Below are positions 38,490 through 47,598 of a DNA stretch of 64,000 bases, piece after piece. Within the stretch, counting starts at the first letter, position 1; each line of letters starts with the position of its first letter. The DNA comes from an uncultured Isosphaeraceae bacterium (lineage in GTDB: Bacteria > Planctomycetota > Planctomycetia > Isosphaerales > Isosphaeraceae), in NCBI GenBank assembly GCA_964510225.1, contig CAZEAN010000007.1, positions 4,047 to 68,046 of the forward strand. The letters run 5' to 3'. The position numbers and the translations under genes were made by a program. The notes below the pieces were generated by a model that did no database searches, was not told the origin of the DNA, and saw nothing but the letters and a program-made list of their open reading frames with translations.

Positions 38490-40814
38490 TTGGGGCTTTT
38501 CTGGACGCTCCTGCTTAATGGATTGCTCTGGTTTGGCGGGCTCCAAGCCGCTCGAGGGCTTGGCCAACCTCGGGGCCTTACGTCTTGGCTTGCGGCTGCT
38601 GCTCTCTCCTGGAGCTGGCTGACACTCGGAATGGAGCTTCTTGGATCCTTCGGGTTTCTCAGCCGGGTGCCTTTGCTCGCATGGGTTGGTCTTGGAGTGA
38701 TGATCGGCCTAGTCTGCCGTTACGTTTGGCCGATCCAGGAAGAGTCGGGCCCTTCGGTAGCTGCCGGTCCCCAGGATCAGCGCTGGGGACCCTGCACGAC
38801 GATCGCGGTTGGAATCACACTCTGGACCTTTGCACTCTGGGGGTTCCGGTCTGCTTTCAACGCGGTCAAAGTGGTAAGTGATGGGCCGATCTATCATCTC
38901 TGGTTCGCGTCGCGTTGGTGGCAGGAATCGCGACTCAGTCTGGTTCCAACCCCTTTCGGCGATAATGTCGCTACCTACTTCCCAGCAGTCGGCGATCTCT
39001 GGTTCTGCTGGCTCATCATTGGCTCGGGGACCGATGCACTGGCAAAAGTTGGTCAGGCCCCTTTCCTCATCCTCAGTGGCTTCGCTTCCTTCGCGATCGC
39101 CCGGAGACTTGGGGGCGGGTTTTCCGGTTCGGTGATTGCGGCCTGCTGTCTTGTCACGGCATCCCCGTTGCTCGTTTTTGCCTTTGAGCCCAATGTTGAC
39201 TCGATTATGCTCGCCGGGTATCTGCTCGCTACCCTCTTTTTGCTGCGCTACTGCCTGGGCGACGGCGGTTTTGGAACCCTCGCGATCGGAGCGATGGTGG
39301 CAGGAGCTGCCTGGGGATGCAAACCTACGGGACTCGTTTTCCTCCCGCCGTTGCTCTTCGTTGTCGGGATCCGCATTCTCTACAAGCCGATGGGCCGGTG
39401 GACTCGGTTGGGCCACCTCGCTGCGTTGGCACTCCTACCGATGCTCAACGTCGGCTACTGGTACCTCCGTAACCTTCAGATCGGTGGAAACCCGCTATAT
39501 CCCTTGCAAGTTGAGATCGGTGGACACGTCGTGTTACCAGGCTGGTTTGGTCGTGAAGTGATGTCAACGACACGTTACTACATTGACCCAAAGAATTGGC
39601 GCGCATTCCTTGATGTGATGCTCCAGGTATTTGATCCCCGACTGGCCCCGCTTTGGGTGTCGGGATTGATGCTAAGCTTGTTCTCCGGCCTCGGACGTTC
39701 CCGATCGTGGCAAGGTAATTCCGGTGTGGAGCCGTCTTCCTCCACGCCGATCCTAATCAAGCGAGCGGTCGCGGTAATTGCGGTTCTCGGACTCGTGAAT
39801 GTCATCCTTTATTGGGCGGGCATTCCCTACCGGACTCAACAGCGCTTCGTGTTTCCTGCCTTAGGACTCGCAAGCATTTCGTTAGCACTCTTGATCAGCC
39901 GTGCCTCGGTTCTTCGACTTCTCGCCGTCGGACTTTTAAGTCTCCACCTCTTCACGGGGCATGGCTGGCCGTGGGCCGGACCAGGAGAGGATTCAATGAT
40001 ACCTTGGGATCTGACGCCGATGGTCCCCAATGCGATGCCGGCTGCCATCAGAATCCCAGTCGATTGGGAAGCGGTCCTGGAGGGTTCGGTCTCGGGATCC
40101 GAAAGCTTGAGCGGATTGATCAGTCCCCTTGCAGTCGGTGCGGGGGGGATCGTGGCTGCCCTGTGTTTCGGCATTGCCTGGAACCGTCGAAGCAGGATCA
40201 GGAACTGGATTCTCGCAGGGGGCAGTTTCCTCGGATTCCTCCTTATCGCGGGATTGCTTTTGTTTCCTTGGGAGACGCCGACCGCCCTCCGCTTCTACCC
40301 CGGATTTCCGAATGACCCCGGTGTCCCGCCCCAAGCCCGGTTTGGCTATACCCAAGGATGGCTGACGCTCCATCGTTTAGCGCGTTCCGACGAGCCAAGG
40401 GTTGCCTACGTCGGGACCAATCTGCCTTATTATCTGCTCGGTCCGGAACTGAAGAATCGGGTTCGGTATATCAATATTAATGAGCATCGCGACTGGCTCT
40501 TGCATGATTACCATCGGGAGGCGACTGCCCAAGGCCGCCCGAACTGGCCTGGCTATCGGCCGGAATGGGATCGGGAAGAGGCCGACTTGGGGGCTTGGCT
40601 GGGCAATCTTCGAGCCGAGCAGATCGAATGGCTCGTGGTTGCCCGACACAATGTGGACGAACCGTGGCCGATTGAACGTCAATGGGCTGACGAGTATCCC
40701 GAACTCTTTCGGTTACAAGATCAGAATAATCCTGCGAATCCGCTCTTCCTGATTTATCGATTCGAGCCCGAACAGATTAACTCTCGACAATTCAGCCTGC
40801 CGTCGGGGTTATAA
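38490..40814 (+). CDS. Large polytopic membrane protein with C-terminal soluble domain (possible GT-C fold glycosyltransferase)
   Basis: It has at least 12 predicted TM helices and a first-loop 'SDGPIYHLW' motif. A TTG start at 38490 is preceded by AGGAG about 9 nt upstream. No definitive family motif was seen. Confidence 0.45.
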   Translation: MGLFWTLLLNGLLWFGGLQAARGLGQPRGLTSWLAAAALSWSWLTLGMELLGSFGFLSRVPLLAWVGLGVMIGLVCRYVWPIQEESGPSVAAGPQDQRWGPCTTIAVGITLWTFALWGFRSAFNAVKVVSDGPIYHLWFASRWWQESRLSLVPTPFGDNVATYFPAVGDLWFCWLIIGSGTDALAKVGQAPFLILSGFASFAIARRLGGGFSGSVIAACCLVTASPLLVFAFEPNVDSIMLAGYLLATLFLLRYCLGDGGFGTLAIGAMVAGAAWGCKPTGLVFLPPLLFVVGIRILYKPMGRWTRLGHLAALALLPMLNVGYWYLRNLQIGGNPLYPLQVEIGGHVVLPGWFGREVMSTTRYYIDPKNWRAFLDVMLQVFDPRLAPLWVSGLMLSLFSGLGRSRSWQGNSGVEPSSSTPILIKRAVAVIAVLGLVNVILYWAGIPYRTQQRFVFPALGLASISLALLISRASVLRLLAVGLLSLHLFTGHGWPWAGPGEDSMIPWDLTPMVPNAMPAAIRIPVDWEAVLEGSVSGSESLSGLISPLAVGAGGIVAALCFGIAWNRRSRIRNWILAGGSFLGFLLIAGLLLFPWETPTALRFYPGFPNDPGVPPQARFGYTQGWLTLHRLARSDEPRVAYVGTNLPYYLLGPELKNRVRYININEHRDWLLHDYHREATAQGRPNWPGYRPEWDREEADLGAWLGNLRAEQIEWLVVARHNVDEPWPIERQWADEYPELFRLQDQNNPANPLFLIYRFEPEQINSRQFSLPSGL

Positions 40815-40923
40815 TGAAGAAGATACTTGGCCTCGCCACAAGTAGATCGTTCCCACGAGCGTCTTAATCTCCTCTGGGGCGACTGAGATCGGCCCGGCAT
40901 TTGCAATCGATCGAGGTTCTTCG

Positions 40924-42966
40924 ATGCGACTTACCCTCCGAACCCTGCTTGCCTGGATCGATGACGCACTCCCACCTGAGGAAGCTCGCCAAATCGGTAA
41001 GCAAGTCGACGAGTCTCCGTACGCGAACCAATTGGTCGAACGGATCCGACGCGTGACCCGGCGTCGTCGACTTACCATCCCCCCCAGCAGCGGACCTGAT
41101 GCTGTTGATCCCAACCTCGTTGCCGGCTACCTCGACAACGAAATTGACTCGGACCGGGTCGCTGAGCTTGAGAACCGATGCCTTGAGTCGGACGTTCATC
41201 TTGCCGAGGTCGCCAGTTGCCATGAGATCCTCAGCTTGATTAAGAACAAGGCCAAGGTTCTGCCTGAAACACGGATCCGGATGTATGGACTCGTCAAAGG
41301 TCAAGAGGCGAGGCAGATCGCTTCTGAAGCAGCGTTACCGACTGACGGTGAATTGTCGGGCGCGGTTCCGCCGTGGTACTTCGAGGAAACGGCGGGTCAA
41401 TCGATTCTCACGACGATTGGACCTGTGATTTTGGCCGCGCTTTTGATCATACTTGCATTTGGGATTGGCTGGGCAAACTTCCAGTCCGCCGCCCGGTCCT
41501 TAGGCGTTTCCGATGACTCTGAGTTGACCCAGCGAGCGGTCCTTGACCGCGAGGTCCCGATCGTCGAAGACCTTGGGGACCAGCAAGACGAGCAAGCTCC
41601 GGCTCTGAGCCCGGAGAACGAAGATCCTTCTGTTGAGAGTCCGACAGAATCACCTGAAGTCTCGGTAGTCGCAACTCCACCGAGTTCATCGGGGGATGAT
41701 CTGACCACTGATCGCCTGGAATCGACAGCAAACTCGGGGATGGTCGGTGAGACGTCAGTGGATCGTCCAACCGTTCCTGAGAGACCAGCGGTCGAGTTAC
41801 GCCGGTCCGAAATTCCCGAGGGATCTCTTGGGCTCGTCAACCGACTCACCGGGTTCCTCCTGATCACCAGAGACGAAGGTAACCGTTGGACCCCTCTTAA
41901 GGCTGGGGATACGCTTGGGTCTGGCGATCGAGTGGTCAATCTCGCTCCGTTCCGCGCCACCCTGCAACTCGGAGACGCATTGTTGACCTTGATTTCTCAA
42001 GTGGAGCTTCGAGTCAAAGAGCCCGAAGGCGATCAGACCTGCCAGATTGAGTTAATCGAAGGGACAATTGTTCTTGAGCCGACTGATCTCGCCGCTTCAG
42101 ACTCAACTGCAGCCGTAATGATCGGGGACCGAGTGATCGCGTTGCAGCCGGTCGACGATCAGCGAGTGGGACTCTCTCGGTTCGGCAACCGTCCTCCGGG
42201 GGATGCCAGCGGTGTTCCTCTCCTCTCGATCACGACCTCGACGGGTGAGCTTCAAGTCACTATTGACGACGAGACCGCAGACCCATTACTGGGGCCAATC
42301 GTTGCCCTCTATGATCAAGAGGCTGCCTTGATCGCTCTTGACCAAGGGATGGTTCCGCCCTGGCTCGATCAGACTGAAGCCTCTCCTGATGAGCTCCAAG
42401 CCGGCGACCGCTTTGCGACACTTCTCGAAGCCTATCCGGGGAACCTTACCTTCGGACTCTTAGAAGGGCTCAGAGACGAACGCGTGGAGGTACAATCTCT
42501 TTCGGTGGCGGCACTCGGAGCGATCGGTGAATTTGAACAAGTTCTCCCACTTTTAAGTAGCGAGAACACACCAGCACTCCGGGCGGCCGCAATCGGAGTC
42601 ATTTCTCGAGAGCTCGCGACGAGCGAAGTCGATGCCGCCGCTATCGTCGCCATGATCGAGGAGCTATTCTCGGGAGAGCCCGAAACCGCCGCGGATCTGA
42701 TCCGTCTTCTTGTTGGCTATGAAATCGAGCAACTCGAACGCAGCACAGCCGACCAGCGCCAGACCTTGTTTGCGAAACTCGTTGAAGACCTTGGTTCCGA
42801 GAATCCAAGCGTCCGCCAGCTCGCTATTCAGACGATCATGGGACTGACTGGACGGGGTTCGCTCGGCTATGATCCCGATGATCCCGAAGGAAGTGGCGGG
42901 CTTGAAGCATGGCAACAGTTGCTCAATCAAGGAGATCTCAACTTTCCAGGCCAACCGAGGCCTTAG
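40924..42966 (+). CDS. Single-pass membrane protein: anti-sigma-like N-terminus, FecR-like beta domain, C-terminal HEAT repeats
   Basis: N-terminal 'LLAWIDDALPPEEA' and 'VAGYLDNEIDSDRVAELENRCLESDVHLAEVASC', TM 'IGPVILAALLIILAFGIGW', FecR-like 'WTPLKAGDTLGSGDRVVNLAPFRATLQLGD', and HEAT-like 'VQSLSVAALGAIGE...ALRAAAIGVI'. Confidence 0.5.
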   Translation: MRLTLRTLLAWIDDALPPEEARQIGKQVDESPYANQLVERIRRVTRRRRLTIPPSSGPDAVDPNLVAGYLDNEIDSDRVAELENRCLESDVHLAEVASCHEILSLIKNKAKVLPETRIRMYGLVKGQEARQIASEAALPTDGELSGAVPPWYFEETAGQSILTTIGPVILAALLIILAFGIGWANFQSAARSLGVSDDSELTQRAVLDREVPIVEDLGDQQDEQAPALSPENEDPSVESPTESPEVSVVATPPSSSGDDLTTDRLESTANSGMVGETSVDRPTVPERPAVELRRSEIPEGSLGLVNRLTGFLLITRDEGNRWTPLKAGDTLGSGDRVVNLAPFRATLQLGDALLTLISQVELRVKEPEGDQTCQIELIEGTIVLEPTDLAASDSTAAVMIGDRVIALQPVDDQRVGLSRFGNRPPGDASGVPLLSITTSTGELQVTIDDETADPLLGPIVALYDQEAALIALDQGMVPPWLDQTEASPDELQAGDRFATLLEAYPGNLTFGLLEGLRDERVEVQSLSVAALGAIGEFEQVLPLLSSENTPALRAAAIGVISRELATSEVDAAAIVAMIEELFSGEPETAADLIRLLVGYEIEQLERSTADQRQTLFAKLVEDLGSENPSVRQLAIQTIMGLTGRGSLGYDPDDPEGSGGLEAWQQLLNQGDLNFPGQPRP

Positions 42967-43014
42967 CTTCCTGAGCGATCATTCCCTTAAGTCTGCAAGA
43001 GCCAGAGGCCCTCG

Positions 43015-43857
43015 TTGGTTGGTCAGCCTGGCAACAGAAGGAGATCGGTCTTGGCCGAAAACTATCAACACTATCGGACCATTGCCGAGTCGGTTGCCCG
43101 GAATGCCGGTGCTGTCCTCCGAGATCGCTTTGGTAGGGTCGACGTCCGGGAAAAGGGGCCAGGTGATCTCGTCACGGAAGCGGATCTTGCCAGCCAGCGG
43201 ATGATCGCGAAGGCCATCGCCGACGCCTTCCCGGAACACACACTACTCGCTGAGGAAGAAGGAGTTCGACCCGACCCGGACCGCCCTTGGCGTTGGATCG
43301 TCGATCCCCTCGATGGGACCGTCAACTTTGCGCATCGATTCCCATTCTGGACCGTCTCTATTGCGTTGGAACATCAGGGTGAACTGGTCGTCGGCGTCAT
43401 TCACGACCCCATCGCAGGAAGCCTCTATTCGACTTCGAAAGGGGGCGGCACGACCTTGGACGGATCGCCGATCCGTGTCTCAGAACCCTTAAAACTGGGA
43501 GAGTCTCTGATCACGGCAGCGTTCCCGACTCGCTTTGGTGACGACGCACCTACCCAGCTTGCGTTGATGGGAAGGTTCTCCACAAACACTCACTCGGTCC
43601 GAAGGACGGGTTCGACGGCCTACAACCTTGCGATTCTCGCTGCCGGTGGTTGCGAGGTCTGCTTCGGGACACATGTGCATCCATGGGATGTCGCTGCTGG
43701 TGTCCTCCTTGTCCGAGAAGCGGGTGGACGCGTCACCCAGCTCAATGGAGATCCCTACAATCTCTACGGAAAAGAGATTCTTGCGACGAACGGGTTGGTG
43801 CACGACGAGGCCGTTCGGGCGGTTGCGGAAGCAATGGCCTCACTCGCTCGATCGTGA
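43015..43857 (+). CDS. Inositol monophosphatase family protein
   Basis: 'LVTEADLASQ', 'LAEEEG', 'WIVDPLDGTVNFAH' and 'HPWDVAAGVLLVREAGG'. The start codon is uncertain (TTG at 43015 or downstream). Confidence 0.9.
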   Translation: MVGQPGNRRRSVLAENYQHYRTIAESVARNAGAVLRDRFGRVDVREKGPGDLVTEADLASQRMIAKAIADAFPEHTLLAEEEGVRPDPDRPWRWIVDPLDGTVNFAHRFPFWTVSIALEHQGELVVGVIHDPIAGSLYSTSKGGGTTLDGSPIRVSEPLKLGESLITAAFPTRFGDDAPTQLALMGRFSTNTHSVRRTGSTAYNLAILAAGGCEVCFGTHVHPWDVAAGVLLVREAGGRVTQLNGDPYNLYGKEILATNGLVHDEAVRAVAEAMASLARS

Positions 43858-43993
43858 TACGATTCCGAGTGTTCTGAAGGGCATTACCATTCGCTCACGG
43901 TTCCTCTCTAACGTCCAGCAAGGCGCCACAGTTCCCCTCGCTTGCGCCTCTTTTAAAACGATCACGAACCCGTCCCGCTTGAGGGCTCCGAGC

Positions 43994-46900
43994 GTGCGCG
44001 TCCGTTCCTCGGCTCCGAATTCTAGATCCGCGCTCACGAAGGTCATCCCTCCCCTGATCGGAGGTTTCCTCTTCGGCGTGATTAACAATGGAACAATTGC
44101 GGCTCAGTCAGCGTCCCCCGATGACTCTCAAACCGTCCGTGGTCAGGATCTCGAAAACGAAGAGCTTTTCTCCCTCGCTCCGCAAGAACTCAATCCGTTA
44201 CCAGGCGAGTCGTTCGATTCCTTTTTGGGACGCCGCGCTGAATCGCTCAATCAAGGTGTCGAGCGATCAGAAAGCTGGATCACTTCGATCGCACTTCAAG
44301 GCTCTGTCGTCGAAAAGAAGGATGGAACCGAGGAGGGAGTATGTCGGCTCCGATTTGGACTCCAGACCCGAGGTCGAGGACCCTACCGGATTCAAATCGG
44401 GCTCAATGGTTTGAACCTCCGTGAAGCGACGACCGGTACCGGGCGTCTTGTCGAGTGGCAGAATGATCCCGAGCAGGGTTGGTGGTTGATCCTCGAAGAC
44501 CCCATTAGGACGCCTCAATTTGTCGATGTCGACGTGATCGTTGACGTGGAAGCCTTCGGTGGGGAGCGTCTTCTTGAGTTCAAACTCCCCCCTGCTCCTG
44601 AGACGAAGATTAACCTCAAATTGCCCTACGAAGTGGAGACCGTTTTCATCGGTGAGGACGATCTGAGGCCTGTCCTTAACCTCCCAGACGGATCTCAACT
44701 GGATGCAATCCTCAAGATTGGCGATCCAGTCAGAGTCCGCTGGGAACCTCCGGAGGGGACGACTGAATCTGTTGCCCCATTGCTGCTCGCCGAGGGACAC
44801 CGAACCCTCGCGGTGGGCCCCGGGAGTCTGACAACCCGATCGACCTGGGAGGTCCGAGCCTTCCGTGGGGTTGTTTCGGAACTGATCGTCCGTCTTGATC
44901 CGGCTACGGAGTTCCTCGAAACCAAAGTCAACGGGATCTTAGTCGAACCAATACCGGTCTCGGAGACGGGAACTTCGACCAGTCTTGACCGCCTGGAACT
45001 CTTGCGGATTCCACTTGCAGACCCACTCGATGTTGGCGAATCGACCACGATCCGTCTCGAAAGCCAACGGCCTCTGAATTTGGAGAGTGCCGGTCCCCAA
45101 CCGATTCTCGATCGCGGCCATTGGTTCGAAGGGGTCACTATCCAAGAGGGGACGCTTTCGATCTCAGCTCCCGAACGCATCAGTGTTCGACTGCAACCAC
45201 CCCCTGGTCTGAACCCCATCAGCCCGCGAGCACTTCCCGAGGAGGCGAGATCGCTTGATCTGAATGAGGCGTCGATTGTTCATGCCTTCCGATTCGACAG
45301 TCCTGTCGATGCGCTCATGTTCCAAGTCGCCCGGAAGCCCTCGATGATTGTGATCGATCGTCTGCAAACACAGATCGAGTTCGATTTCGAGTCCGGCCTT
45401 GCTCAAGTTCTCTGCCAATTCACGGCGGAATCAGAACAAGGACCGATCGAGGAGCTTCGCGTCCTGGTTCCTGATGGTCTGCGACTTGACCGTGTTGAAC
45501 CTACCGAGGGCTTTCCTGGTTGGAGTCTTGAACAAGACGAGAGCACGGGCGAGACTACACTCGTCCTCCCGATCCCTCCTGAACCCGACGCTGAAGCCAG
45601 GAAATCGATTGTAGTCGACCTTAGTGGCCAAGTGGGTTTACCCGTCGCTGGAAACCAATTCAGGGATCAAGAACTCACAATACCATTGTTTCAACCAACC
45701 GCTGCTGTGTACCGGAGCGTCACGGTCGTTGCTAGAGCACCTCAAGGGATCACGCTCGGATCGAAGTTGACGACTTCACGAAAAGAATCGTTGTTCGACC
45801 ACGATACGCTTCTCCCAGCATTGCTCGATGACCGACCGTACGAGCTAAAAAGCCGCTTCCGCATTCCTCCCCCTGCAATCTCTATCGTCGCGCGTGCGCA
45901 AGGGAATGTTGTCCATCGGGAGGTCGATCTTCAAGCGAGAGTTGGCTTGGATGGTCTGGGGGTCCAGCAGACGGTCACGCTTCATGTCCTGAACGGCGAA
46001 CTAGCCGAAGCCGTCTTAGAAATCCCTGAAGCGATCGAGCGTCGATGGGAACTTCGGACGCCGGTCGACCGAAATCTTCCGCTGGAACCAGGGGCGTCCG
46101 GGGAGCAACGTCGGCGATTGGTGATCCGACCGATCTCGGCTGGTTCCTCGATAAAGCTCTCCTTCGTCTATCAGATTGAACCACCAGAGCCGTTGGTACC
46201 CGGGAAACCGTTTGAGTTCGAGATTCCCGAAATCGAAGTTCGGACACCTGGACACTCGTCAGCAACCCGGCTGAAAGTTGCTGCACCAGGGACGATTCAA
46301 CTTCAGCCTGAAGGGAACGGCTGGCGACGTCTGGATGGCACCCAGGCCGTTGCTGATCCGAGTGGTGGAGCCCCGGTCCCGCTACAACTCTCAAAGGTCC
46401 TAGCAGCGGGGATTGCCTCAGTTCGGGAACGAACTCCCCGACTGACGGCCGTTGTTTCTCCCCAAGCCGACCTCCCCAGCACCTTGGCATCGCGACTCTA
46501 TCTCAGAACAGAACAGGCGACGAATGGGAGCGTCCGAGTCACCGCCTTTTATCGGATGGAACGTTTCCAAGACGCAATTGGAGTGCGGCTCAACCCAGTC
46601 GCTGTCCTCGATCAGGTTTCATTGGACGGTCGATCACTAGTTTCTGGTGTGGTCAGAGATCCCGAACGTCCTGGAGATTTCTGGGTCCGACCGACGGGCG
46701 GGGCGTCGACCGAGTCGGAAGGTCTCCTCGAACTCCGGTACCGCGTTCCCCGATCGGCGGATTCTGATCGATGGCGTCCTCCACAACTTCTCGACGATGG
46801 CACGGTACTCGATTCGCTCTGGGAGATCCGCCTGCCTAGCAGTCTGGCGATGATTGGAACCCCGATCGGATATTCGGACGAGAATCGTTGGGCTTGGTCG

Positions 46901-47542
46901 GGGTTCGGTCGAGAGCGCCAGCCCTGGAAAACAGAGGAAGAACTTTTGGAGTGGGTCAACGCCCCTCTACAAGGTACCAAAGGCGATGAATCGGGAACCA
47001 ACTCAGTTCGCTTCCGCTTTCATAGCTATTTGTTCGCCACTCCTGGAGAGCCTGATGCGATTAATCCACTGATTGCTCCGTATGCGTTGGTGATCGGTTG
47101 CTGTTCAGGGGGAGTCTTCTTCGCAGGGATGCTTGCATTGTCTTTTCCAGGGCTTCCTCGACGATTGATCGTTGCCGCCTTGGTCTTAACGCTCGGAGGA
47201 CTCTCAGTTCTCGGGCCTGCAACCTCGATCTTGCTTGCAGAATCGTCAGTCATCGGGCTTTGTTTGATCCCGATTGCTGGGCTGATCCGACGCGCCGTGG
47301 ACCGACGGAGACCGATCAGTCAGTTCCCCGATGGAAGTAGCCTTGGCACCTTCGAACCGAATCCCATTTCAGACGAACTCCGGGTACCATCGGCTCCGAC
47401 GCCAGCGGTTGGATCCGACGACTCCACTGCCATCAGATCTCGGCCACCGATTCCACCCTCCCAAGGACCCAACCAAGACGCAATCATTGAGATCAAGGCT
47501 CCCGTTTCTGAACCAAAAGCATCCGAAACCGTGATCAAATAG
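43994..47542 (+). CDS. Giant envelope protein 1 (about 1180 aa): signal peptide, about 1000-aa ectodomain, 3 C-terminal TM helices, Pro/Ser-rich tail. No recognisable domain
   Basis: The track ORF starts at the TTG at 43628 but overlaps the IMPase gene. The GTG at 43994 is preceded by GAGGG 8 nt upstream and gives 'VRVRSS...VIPPLIGGFLFGVINNGTIAAQSA'. The TM cluster lies around 47068-47300. Confidence 0.65.
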   Translation: MRVRSSAPNSRSALTKVIPPLIGGFLFGVINNGTIAAQSASPDDSQTVRGQDLENEELFSLAPQELNPLPGESFDSFLGRRAESLNQGVERSESWITSIALQGSVVEKKDGTEEGVCRLRFGLQTRGRGPYRIQIGLNGLNLREATTGTGRLVEWQNDPEQGWWLILEDPIRTPQFVDVDVIVDVEAFGGERLLEFKLPPAPETKINLKLPYEVETVFIGEDDLRPVLNLPDGSQLDAILKIGDPVRVRWEPPEGTTESVAPLLLAEGHRTLAVGPGSLTTRSTWEVRAFRGVVSELIVRLDPATEFLETKVNGILVEPIPVSETGTSTSLDRLELLRIPLADPLDVGESTTIRLESQRPLNLESAGPQPILDRGHWFEGVTIQEGTLSISAPERISVRLQPPPGLNPISPRALPEEARSLDLNEASIVHAFRFDSPVDALMFQVARKPSMIVIDRLQTQIEFDFESGLAQVLCQFTAESEQGPIEELRVLVPDGLRLDRVEPTEGFPGWSLEQDESTGETTLVLPIPPEPDAEARKSIVVDLSGQVGLPVAGNQFRDQELTIPLFQPTAAVYRSVTVVARAPQGITLGSKLTTSRKESLFDHDTLLPALLDDRPYELKSRFRIPPPAISIVARAQGNVVHREVDLQARVGLDGLGVQQTVTLHVLNGELAEAVLEIPEAIERRWELRTPVDRNLPLEPGASGEQRRRLVIRPISAGSSIKLSFVYQIEPPEPLVPGKPFEFEIPEIEVRTPGHSSATRLKVAAPGTIQLQPEGNGWRRLDGTQAVADPSGGAPVPLQLSKVLAAGIASVRERTPRLTAVVSPQADLPSTLASRLYLRTEQATNGSVRVTAFYRMERFQDAIGVRLNPVAVLDQVSLDGRSLVSGVVRDPERPGDFWVRPTGGASTESEGLLELRYRVPRSADSDRWRPPQLLDDGTVLDSLWEIRLPSSLAMIGTPIGYSDENRWAWSGFGRERQPWKTEEELLEWVNAPLQGTKGDESGTNSVRFRFHSYLFATPGEPDAINPLIAPYALVIGCCSGGVFFAGMLALSFPGLPRRLIVAALVLTLGGLSVLGPATSILLAESSVIGLCLIPIAGLIRRAVDRRRPISQFPDGSSLGTFEPNPISDELRVPSAPTPAVGSDDSTAIRSRPPIPPSQGPNQDAIIEIKAPVSEPKASETVIK

Positions 47543-47598
47543 AGTTGTCCAAGGTGAGCTTCAGGGATCTTATTGGCTTGACGTTATCATTGCGACCG

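Noticed and set aside
43628-43993. The upstream 122 codons of the 1304-aa track ORF, starting at the TTG at 43628.
   Set aside because: This part overlaps the 3' third of the IMPase-family gene in another frame and lacks a signal peptide. The GTG at 43994 has an upstream GAGGG and yields a signal-like N-terminus, and a TTG at 43979 is also possible. The true start is therefore taken downstream.
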